Assembly: GCA_026770705.1 (NCBI GenBank)
Contig: JANJGN010000011.1
Location: 21,452,001 to 21,516,000, forward strand
Reading direction: 5' to 3'
Source of the DNA: Isurus oxyrinchus
Taxonomy: Eukaryota
Length of the DNA: 64,000 nucleotides
This document shows, piece by piece, positions 35,847-49,659 of the stretch (positions are counted from its first letter, which is position 1; the number at the start of each line of letters is the position of its first letter). The position numbers and the translations under genes were made by a program. A model generated the notes under the pieces. It made no database searches, was not told where the DNA came from, and was given only the letters and a program-made list of their open reading frames with translations.

Positions 35847-38800
35847 TGTAGAGTAAAAGGTTAGCACCAGGAGCTCATGAAGCTGATATAACCACAAGAT
35901 TGAATTACAGAAATCTGGGGAAGGAGAAATTCCAACCACGTGCTGTGTTCCCAATATGCACAGAGTAACTGTAAATAAAGAGCAATGGTTCTAACTATCT
36001 ACAGTCTTGAGCAGCTTACTTTGAAGGATAGAGAAGCCCCAAAGAACCCCATCTAGATTCTGAACACATGACGAAACATGGTGGTAGTGGACAGCAAGTA
36101 AAAGACCTAGAAAAAAAACTGCAAGAACTAGCCACAGACCTGGCAAGTTGAGATCCTCAAAAGGAACATACTTAAAACTCACCAAAAAGTCAGAGCATCG
36201 CAGGTGCAGCAGATGCAAGCTGACCCACAGACCTGGAGTCCAGACAGCAGTGCGCACAGGTCAGAACCCAGAAGCAACACCAGTGAAGCAGCGACTATTC
36301 CAGGGTTTGTTACAAGCATGGAATCCACACCACTGTTCCCTGAACCATTCCAGAGCACTGAAGGATCGAATTAGGCTCAATACTGGGACAATCGGAGAAT
36401 AAGATTTTCCAGATATAAAACCGCTTCTGGTTGGCACAAAAAAGAACAAAAGGATCAGGTCAGTATATTACTCTATGCAGCTGGAGCTATTGCTGTCACT
36501 GTAATAGCAAGGCTGGGTGTTGATGAGACTTCAGCTTCTTATGAAAAAGTCCAGCAAGCATTTGATTTGTATTTCAGCATTCGCAAAACTTAATTATAGA
36601 AACTGCAAAATTTAACAAATGAAAGCAAAGACCAGGCGAGAGCTTGGATTGATTTATCAATGATCTATACAGGCTGGCAGAAATTTGTGACTACAGAATA
36701 TTGAGGGATGAATTGATTTGTGATCGAATAGTAGTTGGGGGTCCTAGATGAAACTCCATCAGGTTGCTTTCAGACGAGAGAGGATTTAACTCTGGTCGAG
36801 GCACTACAAATTGCAAGACAAACTGAGCTCAGAAAACAAAATGAGCATTTGTTCATGGAGGAGGTGAGGTCCCATTGGAAAGAATGAGTGAGGCCATTCA
36901 GTATGTGGGCCATCAGAGGAAAAGCACACCAAAGCAGAAGCTCATGGAAAATGGGGAAAAGTGTGCCAATCACCACCCTGGAAAAATAGGACATTTTAAA
37001 ATCACCTGCTGATCTAACTGACAACCTGAAAAATGATAAAGCTAAAACACATACAAGAATGGGAAGAATCACAGAGAAAGGAAGTAACTTTCCCAGGGGA
37101 AGTAAATGAAATAGAAAATAAATACTGGTGTATTAAACTTGAAATGGATGGTTACCCCACAGTTTAAATTCGACACATGGGCGGGAGTTTCCATCTTATC
37201 TGACAAAGTAAAATGGCCCAGGGACATTACATTACAGCCTTCATCTATCGAGTTACAGGGTCCAAGTGGGAGTATGCTGATAGTCATAGGCCAACACATG
37301 GCAAAATTGAAGGACAAAGACACAGGAAATGTTGATCCTCTCTGTCACCCAGAATGTTCTTTACTCAGCAGGAAGGCCTGCTTAAAATTAAAGCTAATCT
37401 ATGAAGTTGATGCGGTTACTGATGAGCATAACACCAGTGTATTCAGGAATGAATTTCCAAGATTATTTACATAGGGCTGGGAAGACTGAAGACTGAGTAC
37501 CATGACAACCTAAGAACTGATGCTAAACCAATTTGCCTCTTCACACCAAGGAAAGTCCTTCACTCACTCTTGGACAAAGTCAAGGGTGAAATTGAGAACA
37601 TGCTACAGCAAGGGGTCAACTCACCAGTTAACATGCCAATAAACTGGTGTCCAGGAATGGCCACGATCTCATAGCCAAATGGCTCAATTAGAACCTGCAT
37701 AGATTTAACTCAGCTAAACAAATCAGTGGAATGAGATCTACCTGATGGCCCAGTGGATGACGGTTTTGCTAAACTAGCCAAGAGTACCCTATTCACCAGA
37801 TTGGCTGCAAACAGTGGACTTAGGCAATTGCCTCCGGACAAAGATTCCAGATTGCTGATCACTTTTATAACACCACATGGTTGTTATGGCTTTAATAGAT
37901 TACCATTCAGAATTGTTTTTTTTCCTGAAATATTCCAGAGAACAATGTCTCAAACCTGAGAAGGCATGGAAGAAATAATATGTCATATGGATGATATACT
38001 TACATATGGCTCCATGAGAGAAGATTATGACCACAGAGTTAGAGCAGTTCTGAAAATCTTTAAGGAGGAATGAAAAATGTGAGGTCGCCAAACCTAAAAT
38101 TAAATTTCTAGGTCAAGTTGTACAAGCCTTTGGAACAACAGTTGAGCTAAAGAAAAGGTGATCAGGGAGTTTTCACAACCCAGGAACATGACTGAGCTCA
38201 GGATAGTCAACCAAGTGGACAAATTCCTGCCAAATTTGCCAGGTGTCAATGAGCCTTTGAGACAACTGTTAAGATGGAGTCAACAGTCGTGCTACATTGT
38301 GGACCAGCAAAATGCTTTTGAGAAAATCAAAAGTCTTTTAATTTCCTATGAAATTTTGGCACATTACAACCCAGAATTACTAACCATAGTAACAACAGAT
38401 GCATCCAGGTCTGGTGGTAGTATTATTTCAAGTACAGAGGGATGGTAAACGTGGACCAGTTTATTACACCTCAAGGTCACTCACAGACACAGAAAAGATA
38501 GCTACAATTGAGAAGGAAGCATTGGTAGCAACATGGGCATGTGAGAAATTCTTGGACTACATGATAGGATTGCGGTTCAGAATTGAAACAGACCATAAGT
38601 CACTAGTCACTCTTCTGAACATGAAAGAGACTGCTAAAATGCCATCTAGAATACAATGGTTCAGATTAGGATTAATCAGATATGACTTCATAACAGAGTG
38701 CATTCAAGAGAAGCACCAGATGATAGTAGATACACTTTTGAGGATACCAACTGAGGTAACCAACCTGGTGGAATTACATTTCATCGGGAGGTGAAAGCAT

Positions 38801-39135
38801 CTACATCTATCATTACTCAACACTTACCGGCTATTGCAAAGAAGTCGCAGGAGATAAAACAAGCACAGCAGCACAATGATGAATGCGTCCAGATAAGAAA
38901 TACTGCCTGGAAGGATGGCCAGGGTATCTATACTCCCAAAAATCCAGTACTATAACAGTACTTAGAACAGAGAAAGCACCTCGCAATTATTGATGATTAC
39001 CTCTGAGTGTTTAATGACTAAATAGACATTCCAAGAACACTTTGGCTTAAAATTCTTCAAAGACTTCACCAAAGTCACCTTCAGGATAGCAAAATGTTGA
39101 ATGAGAGCCAAGCAATCAGTCTGGTGGCCAGGAAG
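35847..39135 (+). mobile_element. Ty3/Gypsy LTR retrotransposon, 3'-truncated and decayed
   Basis: Candidate LTR TGTA(35847)..AATAAA..AACA(36078) followed by PBS-like TGGTGGTAGTGG. Then gag remnant, protease FDTWAGVSIL, RT CHMDDIL (37981), RNase H DAS..IEKEAL..ETDHKSL, and integrase start LHQSH..SVWWPG. Confidence 0.88.
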
Positions 39136-39319
39136 AAGGGAGAACCTGATTGGGCAATTTTGAATTGGGGGCACAGCTGTTGTGAGGAAGTAACAAATGT
39201 TTGTTTGGGGATGAGGGGGAAGAGATGATGATGATGGGGTTAAGTCAGAGTCCAGAGCACAGCTGAATCCGTAATTTTTGGGATCTTTTATTGTCTTTCA
39301 TTCCCCAAAGGCTCCTTGG

Positions 39320-39665
39320 CGAGAGAAGGGTGAGAGGCAGCCTGGTGAAGATCTTTAAAATTATGAAAGGGCTTGATAAGATAGATACGGAGAAAATATT
39401 TCCACTTGCAGGGGAGGGCCTTAAATATGAGATTGTCACCTAGGAAATTAAGTAAGAACCTCTTTACTCAGTGAGAATGTGGAACTTCCCACCACAATGT
39501 TGAGGAAAATAGCACAGATGCATTTAAGGGGAAACTAGAAAGGAATAAAAGGAGGTGCTAATAGGATAAGATGAAGTAGGGTGGGAGAAATCTCCTATGG
39601 AGCATAAACAGACATTTACCAGTTGGGCTGAACGACCTGATCCTGTGCTGTAAAAAGTCAATGTA
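39320..39665 (+). mobile_element. CR1 LINE 3' end
   Basis: LVKIFKIMKGLDRIDTEKIFPL peptide and tail gttgggctgaacgacctg. More tails at about 40110-40330. Confidence 0.7.
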
Positions 39666-40404
39666 AGCTACACAGGTGTGAGACAATGATGGGGGCAATT
39701 CAACAGGGAATGGTGCTGAACAGATAGGGGAGGTTTGGGCAGAGGGGGTTTGTGGAGGGTGCGGGGATTTGTGGAGGGTGAGGGGCTTTGCGGACGGTGG
39801 TGTGGCGGGAGGGGGGGGAGTCACTGAAACAGAACACATTTAAAAGATGAAATATAAGTTTGAAATGACTTAGCTGTGGGGAACATATCAGTGGTTTTAT
39901 TTTTACAGGCTGATGTCTTGGCTTTCTCCCTCTTTTACCTGCTATTCATGGGGAGGCTTTCACATACAGAGGCTGCCAGGGAAACAGGGCAAACTGCGCT
40001 GCCAAAGTACTTTTCGCCCACATTGGCGGCAGCAAAGCCCAGGAGATGCGAGGCAATTCTGGAAGCCTCCCAGGGAACCCTAGCACTGTGCGTTGAGAAT
40101 GGAACATAAATGCCAGCATGGACTGGTTGGGCTGAATGGCCTGTTCTTGTTCTGTATATTCAATGTAATTCTATGCCTTGAAGCTACTGAATGCATGAAG
40201 AAGAAAAGCAATAGAAGGATATGCTGATAGGGCGAGGTGAAGCAAGGGTTGAAGGAGGCTCATGTGGAGCAGAAAAGCATTAGCATCGACAATTCGACCA
40301 AATTGTCCATTTGTTGTTGTAAATTCATGTGAACCCAGATTAAACCTTCTCTTTTAGTTGAATCTGGACGCTGGCAAGACCTACTTTTTTTTTTAAAAAA
40401 CAGG

Positions 40405-43400
40405 GGGCAGAATCATCCCAGATTTGCGTTAATAGTGGGCAGGAAAATTGACATTTTACCCGCCGGCCGCAATGACGGCTTCTCGAGCCATATTGCTCCA
40501 CATTATGCATTCCTGGGAAACACGCCATTTCGATGGGCAGGCTCTCATATGCCCACCACACCATCACCTCGCTGCTTCATCACGCCGGGTGCCATATTTA
40601 AAGTGTAGCAGCGCGCACATATCTCAGTGCTCCCAGCCCAGGACTGCTGCATGGAAGACATGGCTCTGAAGGACAAAATGTCTTCAGCCCCCAGGTTCAA
40701 TGACGGATCCCTTGAGAACCTTTTGGAGGCAGTGGAGTCCCGCTTTGACGTCCTCTACCCCCTCTCTGGCTGTAGGATGGGCAGCAACATCATCAACCTG
40801 GCCTGGGAGATGGTGGCAGTGGTGGTCAGCACCAACACCCTGCAAAAGAGAACAGCCACCAAGAGGATGAATGGCCTCCTCCATTCCACCAGGGTAAGTC
40901 ACTCATCTAATCACTCTCCACACACACACTCACAAACCCATCACACACTCACAGGGCCCTCACTCACTGCCAGTTCAAGGGACATCACCATTCACTCTTT
41001 CATACACACCTTCATTGTCCTCATCCCGTCCATGGGACCACTCCCCACCCACGCATGCCAGACATATGTATCATCCAGCCTGGCAGGCATCCCACTTACA
41101 CTCTCTCCATCCCTATTCATGCAGATCAAGCTGGCACTGCAACAGGCAGAGGTCGCTGACCAGTGGAGGAATGCCTGACATTAAGGTCCTCATGGACTTA
41201 GAAAACAGCCATCCAGCTGGCCAGCAAGGATCTGAACTATCCCTGTGCTCACGATGAGGCTCTACCAAGTGCTCCAGCAGTGCAACATCCATCAGACAAC
41301 CATGCTGTGAGTGATGTGTCCTCTTTCACAGGCCACTGCCATGCATCCTCCAGTCAAGCCCTGAAGAAACTTCTGAAGATGAATCTGAAGGCACCCTTCC
41401 TGAAATCCTGTCATAGCGCTCACTCACACCTTCCACCAGCGCAGAGACACACACACTTCAGTGGGACTTAGCTATAGAGGAGCCTTGGGATCACAATCTG
41501 GTGAGCACACCGCACTGTCTGATCCACAGCAGGCAGAAGCAGGGACTTCCCAGGTTTCTGGCACTCGGAGGACTGTTAGATATCAGAAATCTGCTGAGTC
41601 CGAGTCAGATGAGGATCCTCTGGACTCAGTCATGCCTCGGTTGCTGGAGCTGCAAAGGCAAGCTCGGGAACATCAGGAAGGGATGTCCGCCTTCAGGCTG
41701 AGGCAATACTGCTGGCATGCCAATGCACCGAGGTCAACACTGGTAGGATAATGGCCGCTATGGAGACCCTGGTCCAAGATGTGCACCTGCACTGCTGTGC
41801 AGGCTGAACTCCATCACTGACACCATAGTTGGCCTCCGACTGTGTGGCAGTTCGATCTCACTCCAGCTACCCCTTCTCCTCAAGGAGTCAGCCAGAGGCC
41901 CTCAGGCACCCATAGGAAGGAGGTTCAGCAGGTGCATCCCTGAGGATCGTACACCCAGGTGATTCCGGGAGTGTCCAGCCCATCTGAATCCTCCCTTCCT
42001 GTGACCCCAGCAGCTCCAGCTCCACAGGCCAAGGACGGTGCCACTGCCACACAGCAGGACACGGAAAGCAGGCTGGAGCCCTCCAGGTCTCAGCCCTCCA
42101 GAGGACACCCATCAAGGTCATCACAGTCAGCAGGCTGCCTCCACCTCCACTGTAGAGGTCCGGGGAGCACCAAGATGTAGTGGCAGGGTTAGGAAAGTCA
42201 AGAAGTTGAGGCTGTGCAGCCTGGACACAGGAGTTAGTCACTTGTACATAATGTTCACTATTGTAAATAAACTCCCAACAATGTCTCCCTGCCAATGGCT
42301 CCTTGTTCTGATGAGCCATGTTCTTGTCACTCAGATGTGAAACCTTTCTGCACAAGATAAAAGCAGTTGTCTCAATCCAGGGCCTCTTCCCCGTAATTTG
42401 TGCATCCTTCAGACCACAGTGATGGTCCAGCCTCACTGGACACATTAGTGAAGCCTGCACCTCGATGGTGCTTGTCATTGCTGCCAGAATGTTGTGGGCA
42501 GGCGTCACAGAGTTCCATCATTCTCTGTGTGCTCTTAGCACCTTTAAGGTGGGGCTGGCCCCCATCTCTTCAGCATCTGTGACCAGTGACACTGTGCTCC
42601 TGAAGGGGACAGGTGCTGATGACAGACAAAGGATCAGTTGCATTTAAAGTTTCATGGCTGTGTCTCTATGATATGACCCTGATCACAGCGCAAGCGAGCT
42701 GCCCCCGGTGAGACAGGAGTTAGACAGTCTCAGGCTGCGTGAAGATCTATGGAGTGTCCTCACTACATGTCATCATCATCATTATCATCTTGCAATCAAG
42801 CGACTATCAGGACCTCCACTGCTCTCCGCGACAGGAGCATTATCACAGAGGGTATATGCGCTGCCATAAGCTGGACTGGAGTCAAACGTTCATAGATGCG
42901 CTTTGAGGATCTATTGTGTCTCCGTGCTACATGTCATTGTTGTCGTCATTGTCCACAAATCTAGCAGCTATGTGGACCTCCTCAGCATGCCTGTCTGGCC
43001 TGGCCAGTGCGAGGGCCTCCACCCTTATCGTCGCCTTTGAGGACCTCCTCACCCTCAATCCTGTCAATGTCCTCCTCATTGGAGGAGACCTCCAGTTCCT
43101 CTTCAGCCAGCTCCTCTCCCCCTTGCCAGGTTGTAAAGGGTGCAGCAGATGACGACAATGCATGACACCCCCTGTGGACAACGCAATCAGGTGGACAACG
43201 CAGTCAGGTGGCTCAATCGATCTCTTCTCCGTCATCTTCGCTCGCTGTGCACCACGAGGCATAAAGCTAGTTCACTAGGCACCACGCTCCTGATCCTCTT
43301 GCAGGATGAAAGGGTGATGTGTGGGTTTGCTTGGGTGTTCTAAGATCTCTGGGTTAAGTCTGAAGGCCCCTTAACACATCCTGAAGAGTACTGGCCACCA

Positions 43401-44368
43401 TTTGGATGACCAGAGCTTACTGTGCTTCATGGCTGCCCAAAATCCCACCCACCTCCGCCCCACTCCACTTTGCCCTCTGGACTGCATGTTGTGCTCTCAG
43501 CTCAACTGCAGGCATTCTCCTAACCCGCACTGCAAGGTGGCACAGTTATCTTGACCCATAGGGGAAACTGGCCCAAGCTGGGATGTTGACATTGCAAGGG
43601 GCTGTGAGCACCTCCACTAGTGCCTACTCCACGGCCAGCTTCAGCAAGAAGGTTGTACAACGTGCCCGGTCATCCATCCGTTCTGCAGTCCACTAAAATG
43701 CTCAGTAGTTTGCAGTCTGTGTCTGAGGGATGTAAAGCTCTGGAGCACTTGGTGGCACTTGTATGCCCCTGTGTTGCTTGAGTGGGCTGATTAGAGGCCC
43801 GACTCCGGTCATATCAATGTGGCTGCATCTGAACTGCCTCAGCTGCAGAGGAATGGTCACTTTATACAAGGTTTCCGTACTGCGTGGCCACTTCCTTTGC
43901 ACACCCCTAATGCTTGTGCACTACCCTCAACCACAGGACAGCCCTTGCTGCCCCCCCTTGCCAAGCCGCCTCAACCTTGAAGTCCAACAGGTGACCCCGG
44001 CGAGTGATGCACAATGTTTCTGTGCAATCACCTCCAAGTTCCCCTCAAGGTGCAGCCCAACAAGTGCTCGCCTTATATATGCTATTGTGAAACACATTGG
44101 CGTGCAATCACAATGACTTCGGCAGCTGATCCAGAGTGGTGGGTAGGGGGAATGATTATGGTGGGTTCGCCTTATAATAATATGCAGATGTATTACAATG
44201 AGGTTCCCCACGTCCGATGGCGGGAAATGCATCCCCGATGGGCTGAGCTGGACGATCGCAAACTTGGTTCACAATGTTGTGAAGCCGATTTTTTTTTACC
44301 TTCTCGCCATTTTGTCTGCTCACACCGCTGAACATGGCCAACACCAGTGAGCAGGGAAAATTCCACCG
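40405..44368. mobile_element. PIF/Harbinger element: intron-containing Myb/SANT gene (+) convergent with an internally deleted transposase (-)
   Basis: Left end gggcagaatcatccc and a degenerate right TIR gggaaaattccacc. Plus exon 40651-40893 reads APRFNDGSLENLLEAVESR..AWEMVA..KRMNGL with donor gtaagt. Minus strand near 42930-43175 reads PQGVSCIVVICCTLYNLA plus an acidic tail (HARBI1 C-terminus). Confidence 0.85.
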
Positions 44369-44370
44369 AA

Positions 44371-45082
44371 GGGCTAGGATTTCCCGGTCGGCGAGCAGAG
44401 GTTGGGGGGGGGGTCGGTGGGGGAGGGGTCTGCTCGCCGACGGATAAAATGACACAGGATGATGTTGGGAAGAACCCCCAATGTCACCCCACCTCATTTC
44501 AAATTTCAGGTGGGCGGGGTCTCAGCAGAATCAGCTGTGCGCCCGTCGACCTGTCAATGGCCTCAATTAAATTAAAGTCATTAATGGACCTGCCTGTCCA
44601 ACCTTAAGGTTGGCGGACAGGCCAGGAGCCCTGGTGGGCATTAGAAAAAGCATGAAACCTCATCCACAGGTGGGATGAGGTTTCATGTAGGTTTTTAAAT
44701 TTTTAATAAAAGTGTTAGTGAAAGTGATGGACATGTCCCAACTCATGTGACATTGTCACATGAGGGAACATGTCAAGGGAAGTTTTTTTTCTCTATTGTT
44801 AACATTTTAAAATTTGGCGCCAATCTCCCTGAGGCAGCACTTAGCCTCAGGGACATCAGTGTGTGAAAGAGCACTCTCAGTTTAGGGACACCCCCTCCTC
44901 ACCCGCACAGGAAGCACATAGCGCTTCCTTGTGGACATCACGCTGTGTGGGCCTTAATTGGCCCACCCACCTAAAATGGCGGCGTGCCTTCCGATCGGGG
45001 CCCTGCTCGGAGGTGTGCCTCCATGCGCCCACTCCTGAACTCACCCCCCCCACCCCCGCCCAACGAGGGGAAAATTCTGCCC
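44371..45082. mobile_element. MITE, same family as 34914-35649
   Basis: Ends gggctaggattt / aaaattctgccc. Shares the hairpins catgaaacctcatcc..ggatgaggtttcatg and catgtccc..gtgacattgtcac..catg. Confidence 0.8.
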
Positions 45083-45869
45083 AAGGTGTTTGCTGGGGGC
45101 AAATGTGCCAGATCCAGTAAGTTTTCATTGGACTTGATGGTGGTTGAGTGGGGCCTGTCACTGACAATGGAACAGGAGGGCTTTTAAAAATGAAACAAAC
45201 AGAAGCTGGAAATGATGGTAATGTACAATAGAGTCTGCGCTGCTGATACAACAGCATCTGTAAAAAGAAAGGATAATTTAATGTTTTGAGGTGCACAAGT
45301 GTTTATCCAAACAAAAGTGTATATACATGAAAAATGGCCTCTCCCATTAGCTGATGCTGTTGTACTCGATGAGTGGCCCATTATGAAAGCAACAAACTGT
45401 GGCACTAGTCATCTGAAAATGAAACCAATAAATGTTGGCAAACACTCCGAAGGTCAGGTAGCAACTTTGGAGAGACAAAGAGAGTTAGCTCTTCAGGCTG
45501 ATGATGCTTTCATGTCCTCCTTTGAAAGGAGGATTGCAGAAGCAAGTGAGTTAGCTCGCTGGATTTTATTTTGTTAAATTTGTGTTCTGTAGGCCAGGGG
45601 CAAACTGAAATTCAACAGCTCAACTGGCAGACCCAGGAATCTGAGATGAATGAAGATCAATGTGGGAGTAGCTTGGACTTCTAACACTAATTAATATGAG
45701 AATTTGTCTCCTATGTCATGACAACTGAGATTATGGATCTATTTTAATGCATTAGGCAGTCAACATTTTTATTGGACTCATTATTGGGTAATGCAGCTGC
45801 CAAACAACAACAGAGCTGGCTGATGCAGAATGTACTGGGTGATAGGAAGCTTCCTTGCTTAAACCATAC

Positions 45870-46215
45870 AATAACAACTTTTATAGTGCCTATAATGTAA
45901 TAAAACTTCCCAAGACAGAAACCTAGTCAAACAAAATTTGCCACTGTGCCACTTAAAGATATATTAGGATAGGTGATCAAAAGCTTGATCAAAAAAGGTA
46001 GGTTTTATGGAGTGCCTTAAAGGAGGCAGGTGGCGGGGGGTGGGGGGGAATTGGGGAGGTGTGGTGGGGGTAATGGTGGGGGGGGGGGGAATGGGGGGGA
46101 GAGAGAGAGATGGAGAGATTTATGATTGGAATTCCAGAGCAAAGGGCCTAGGCAACTGAAGGCATGGCCATCAATGTTGTAGCAATTTAAATCAGGGATA
46201 TGTAAGATGCCAGGA
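45870..46215 (-). mobile_element. L2 LINE 3' end
   Basis: GHAFSCLGPLLWNS peptide on minus and an L2 tail. Confidence 0.65.
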
Positions 46216-46418
46216 ATGCATAAAATAATTTTTTTTTGCAAAAATATACTTCATTCATAAATCTTCAAAAACATTTCGAACCATTTCAATATCACCATTA
46301 CAAAAATACAATCAGGTTCAACTTTTACATCGTGAATCACAAGCTGTATCAGTACAAACAATGAATATTACAATCATTGGCAGACATTCATTTTAATCTG
46401 TACAGACTGAGGGGCTCT

Positions 46419-49400
46419 TTACAGTTCCCAGCCCCCCAGTGCACTGTGGCAGAAAGGTCTTAGACAGCGGCCCTTCCCCATTGCGCCTTTGTGGCGGCTG
46501 CCCCAAGCTTAACTGTGTCCCTCAGCACGTAGTCCTGGACCTTGGAATGTGCCAGTCTGCAACACTCGGTCGGGGACAACTCTTTGCGCTGGAAAACCAA
46601 CAAGTTTCAGGCAGACCAAAGAGCGTCTTTCACCGAGTTGATGATCCTCCAGCTGCAGTTGATGTTTGTCTCAGTGTGTGTCCCTGGGAACAGCCCGTAG
46701 AGCACAGAGTCCTGTGTCACAGAACTGCTCGGGATGAACCTCGACAGAAACCACTGCATCTCTCTCCAGACCTTCTTCGCAAAGACACAATCTACAAGGA
46801 GGTGAACAACGGTCTCTTCCCCACCACAGCCTCCTCGAGGGCAACGTGCAGAGGGGGTGAGACTCCTGGCGTGTAGGAAGGATCTTACAGGGAGGGTCTT
46901 TCTCACCACCAGCCAAGCTACGTCTTGGTGCTTGTTGGAAAGTTCTGGCGATGAGGCATTCTGCCAAATGACTTTGTCAGTCTGCTCAGGGGACCATCCC
47001 ACAGGATCCACCCTCTCCTTTTCCCTCAGGGCCTTTAAGACGTTACGTGCCAACCACTGCCTCATGGACTTGTGGTCAAAGGTGTTTCTCAGCATAAATT
47101 TTCCCACGAGGGATAGGTGGTACGGCACGGTCCAACTACTTGGAGCGTTCCACGGCAGCGTGGCCAGACCCATCCTTCGTAACACTGGCGACAGGTAGCA
47201 CCTCAGCACGTAGTGACACTTGGTGTTTGCATACTGAGGGTCTACACACCGCTTGATGCAGCCACACTCAAAGGTGGCCATCAGTATGAGGGCGATGTTG
47301 GGCACGTTTTTTCGCCCTTTATCTAGAGGCTTGTACATTGTGTCCCTGCGGACACGATCCATTTTCGACCTCCAGATAAAGCAGAAGATGGCTCGGGTGA
47401 TCGCCACCACACATGAGTGTGGAATGGGTCAGACCTGTACCACATACAGCAACAGCGAGAGTGCCTCACACCTGATGACTAGGTTCTTACCCGCAATGGA
47501 GAAGAAGCGTCGCTCCCACATGCCCAGTTTCCTTTTCACCATAGGCACTCGCTCCTTCCAGTTTCTAACGCGTGCCCTGGTCCCTCCGAACCATATCCCC
47601 AGCACCTTCAGGCCATCAGCCCTGACATTGAAGGGGACAAAGGATCGGTCAGCCCAGTACCCAAAGAACATGGCCTCGCTCTTCCCACGATTTACCTTGG
47701 CTCCCGAGGCCAGTTCGAACTGGTCGCAGATGTGGATAAGTCTGTGCACCGACAGCGGATCTGAGCAGAAGACGGCGACATCATCCATGTACAGGGAGAC
47801 TTTGACCTGAGTGCGTCCACTGCCTGGGAGTGCACATCCACCATGCAGGTGTGCAATATTCTGTCAAAGGCCTTCTCCTGATCCAGGCTGATGAGGCAGG
47901 TATCCACACCCCTGTCCTGTACATAGGCAATTGTATCCCTGAGCAGCGCGAGGCTGTCAGAGATCTTCCTGCCCGGCACAGTGCAGGTCTGGTCAGGGTG
48001 AATCACCAATTCCAGAGCGGATTTGACCTGATTGGCGATGACCTTGGACAGAATCTTATAGTCGACATTCAACAGTGAAATGGGTCACCAATTTCTAATT
48101 TCCTCCCTTTCCCCCTTGTGCTTGTAGATGAGGATGATAATGCCTTTCCTCGTGAATTCTGACATACTGCCGGTGAGGAGCATACTCTTGTACACTTCTA
48201 GCAGGTCTGGGCCAATCCAGTCCCACAGAGCCGAATACAACTCCACCGGCAAGCTGTCACTTCCGGGAGTTTTACTCTTCTCGAAGGACTCAAGGGCCTC
48301 AGTCAGTTCGTCAGGAGTTAGCGCTTTGTCCAGACTCTCCCGTGTCCTGTTGTCTAAGACCTCCGTGATAGAGGACAGGAAGGATTGGGAGGCCGTGCTG
48401 TCTGTGGGCTTCACGTCATACAATCCGGCATAAAAGGATTTGCTGATCCTCAAAATGTTGGACTGTAATAACTTTACTGAGCCATCTTCTTCCTTCAGGC
48501 TGCTGATCACAGAGCTCTCTGTGTGTACCTTTTGGAAGAAGAAACGTGAGCATGTCTCGTTCTGCTCCACGGAGCGGACTCTGGACCGGAAGATGATTTT
48601 GGAGGCCTCCGAGGCAAAGAGCGAGGCTTGCTGGCTCTTCACCTCTTGGAGTTCCTCCTTGACATCGACCCCCATCGACTGCAGCCGGAGCAGATTCTGC
48701 ATGTTTTTCTGGAGTCGGGACATTTCCCTCTGTTTCTTTCTAGCTTTCTGGATGCCTTTGAGGACAAAAAACCTCTTGATGTTTCCCTTGATCGCTTCCC
48801 ACCAGTGTGTCAGTGACTCAAAGTGGGGTTTCATGGTTCTCCAACCTTTGTAATCCCTCTTGAGCTCCTCAATGTTCTCTGGGGTCAGCAGTTTCACGTT
48901 TAGCTTCCATGCCCCCTGCCAACCCTTTGGTCTTCCTCTAAGTGACAGTCAGCCAGTAGGAGGCAGTGGTCAGAGAAGAACACCGGCTTGACGTCGGTGG
49001 ATCTGACTGTGAATGCACGGGACACAAACAGGAAGTCTATCCTGGAACAGATGGACCCGTCAGGCCGCAACTAGGTGTATCTACACTGCGCTCCGTCTGC
49101 AGGGTTGCTGAAGACGTCGTGCAGCTTGACATCCTTTACTGTTTCCATCAGGGATCTGGATGTAGCGTCCAATCTGCTTTCGGCCCTGCCGGATCGTCCA
49201 GCCGCATCGATGATGCAGTTGAAGTCACCGCCCAGAATGATCAGCCTGGAGGTCGCCAGCAGCAGTGGGAGCTGCTGAAAAACCTCCAGCCGCTCAGTCC
49301 CTTGTGACGGGGCGTAGACGTTAATTAACCGGAGTGGAGCATTCTTGTACATTACGTCTGCTACGAGGAGGCGTCCACCCACCACCTCCTTAACCTGGGA

Positions 49401-49649
49401 GACGGTGAAGCTGCCTCCCCGCAGCAGAATCCCCAGGCCGGAGGAACGAGAGTCGTTTCCTCCCGACCAGATCGATGGCCCGTGGGACCACCATCATGAC
49501 CATTGCCTGTAGGAGCTGAGGTGCGGTATCGCACACTCCTGCAGAAACAACAGGTCAGCTTTGACCGTGGCAAGGTAACCCAAGGTCGCAACACATCGCG
49601 TAGTAGATTTAATGCTACGCACATTTATGGATACAATCTTTACACCCAT
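46419..49649 (-). pseudogene. Tx1 ORF2 (APE endonuclease, RT, zinc finger), disrupted
   Basis: Starts MGVKIVSINVR. Contains LINVYAP, GGDFN, FSDH, KTPGSD, NVDYKILSK, SLDQEKAFD, YMDD and CPRGGC..ETVVHLLVDC. Frameshifts are present, and a deletion near 47830 removes the QG-PLSP RT motif. Confidence 0.88.
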
Positions 49650-49659
49650 TTTAAAGCAG

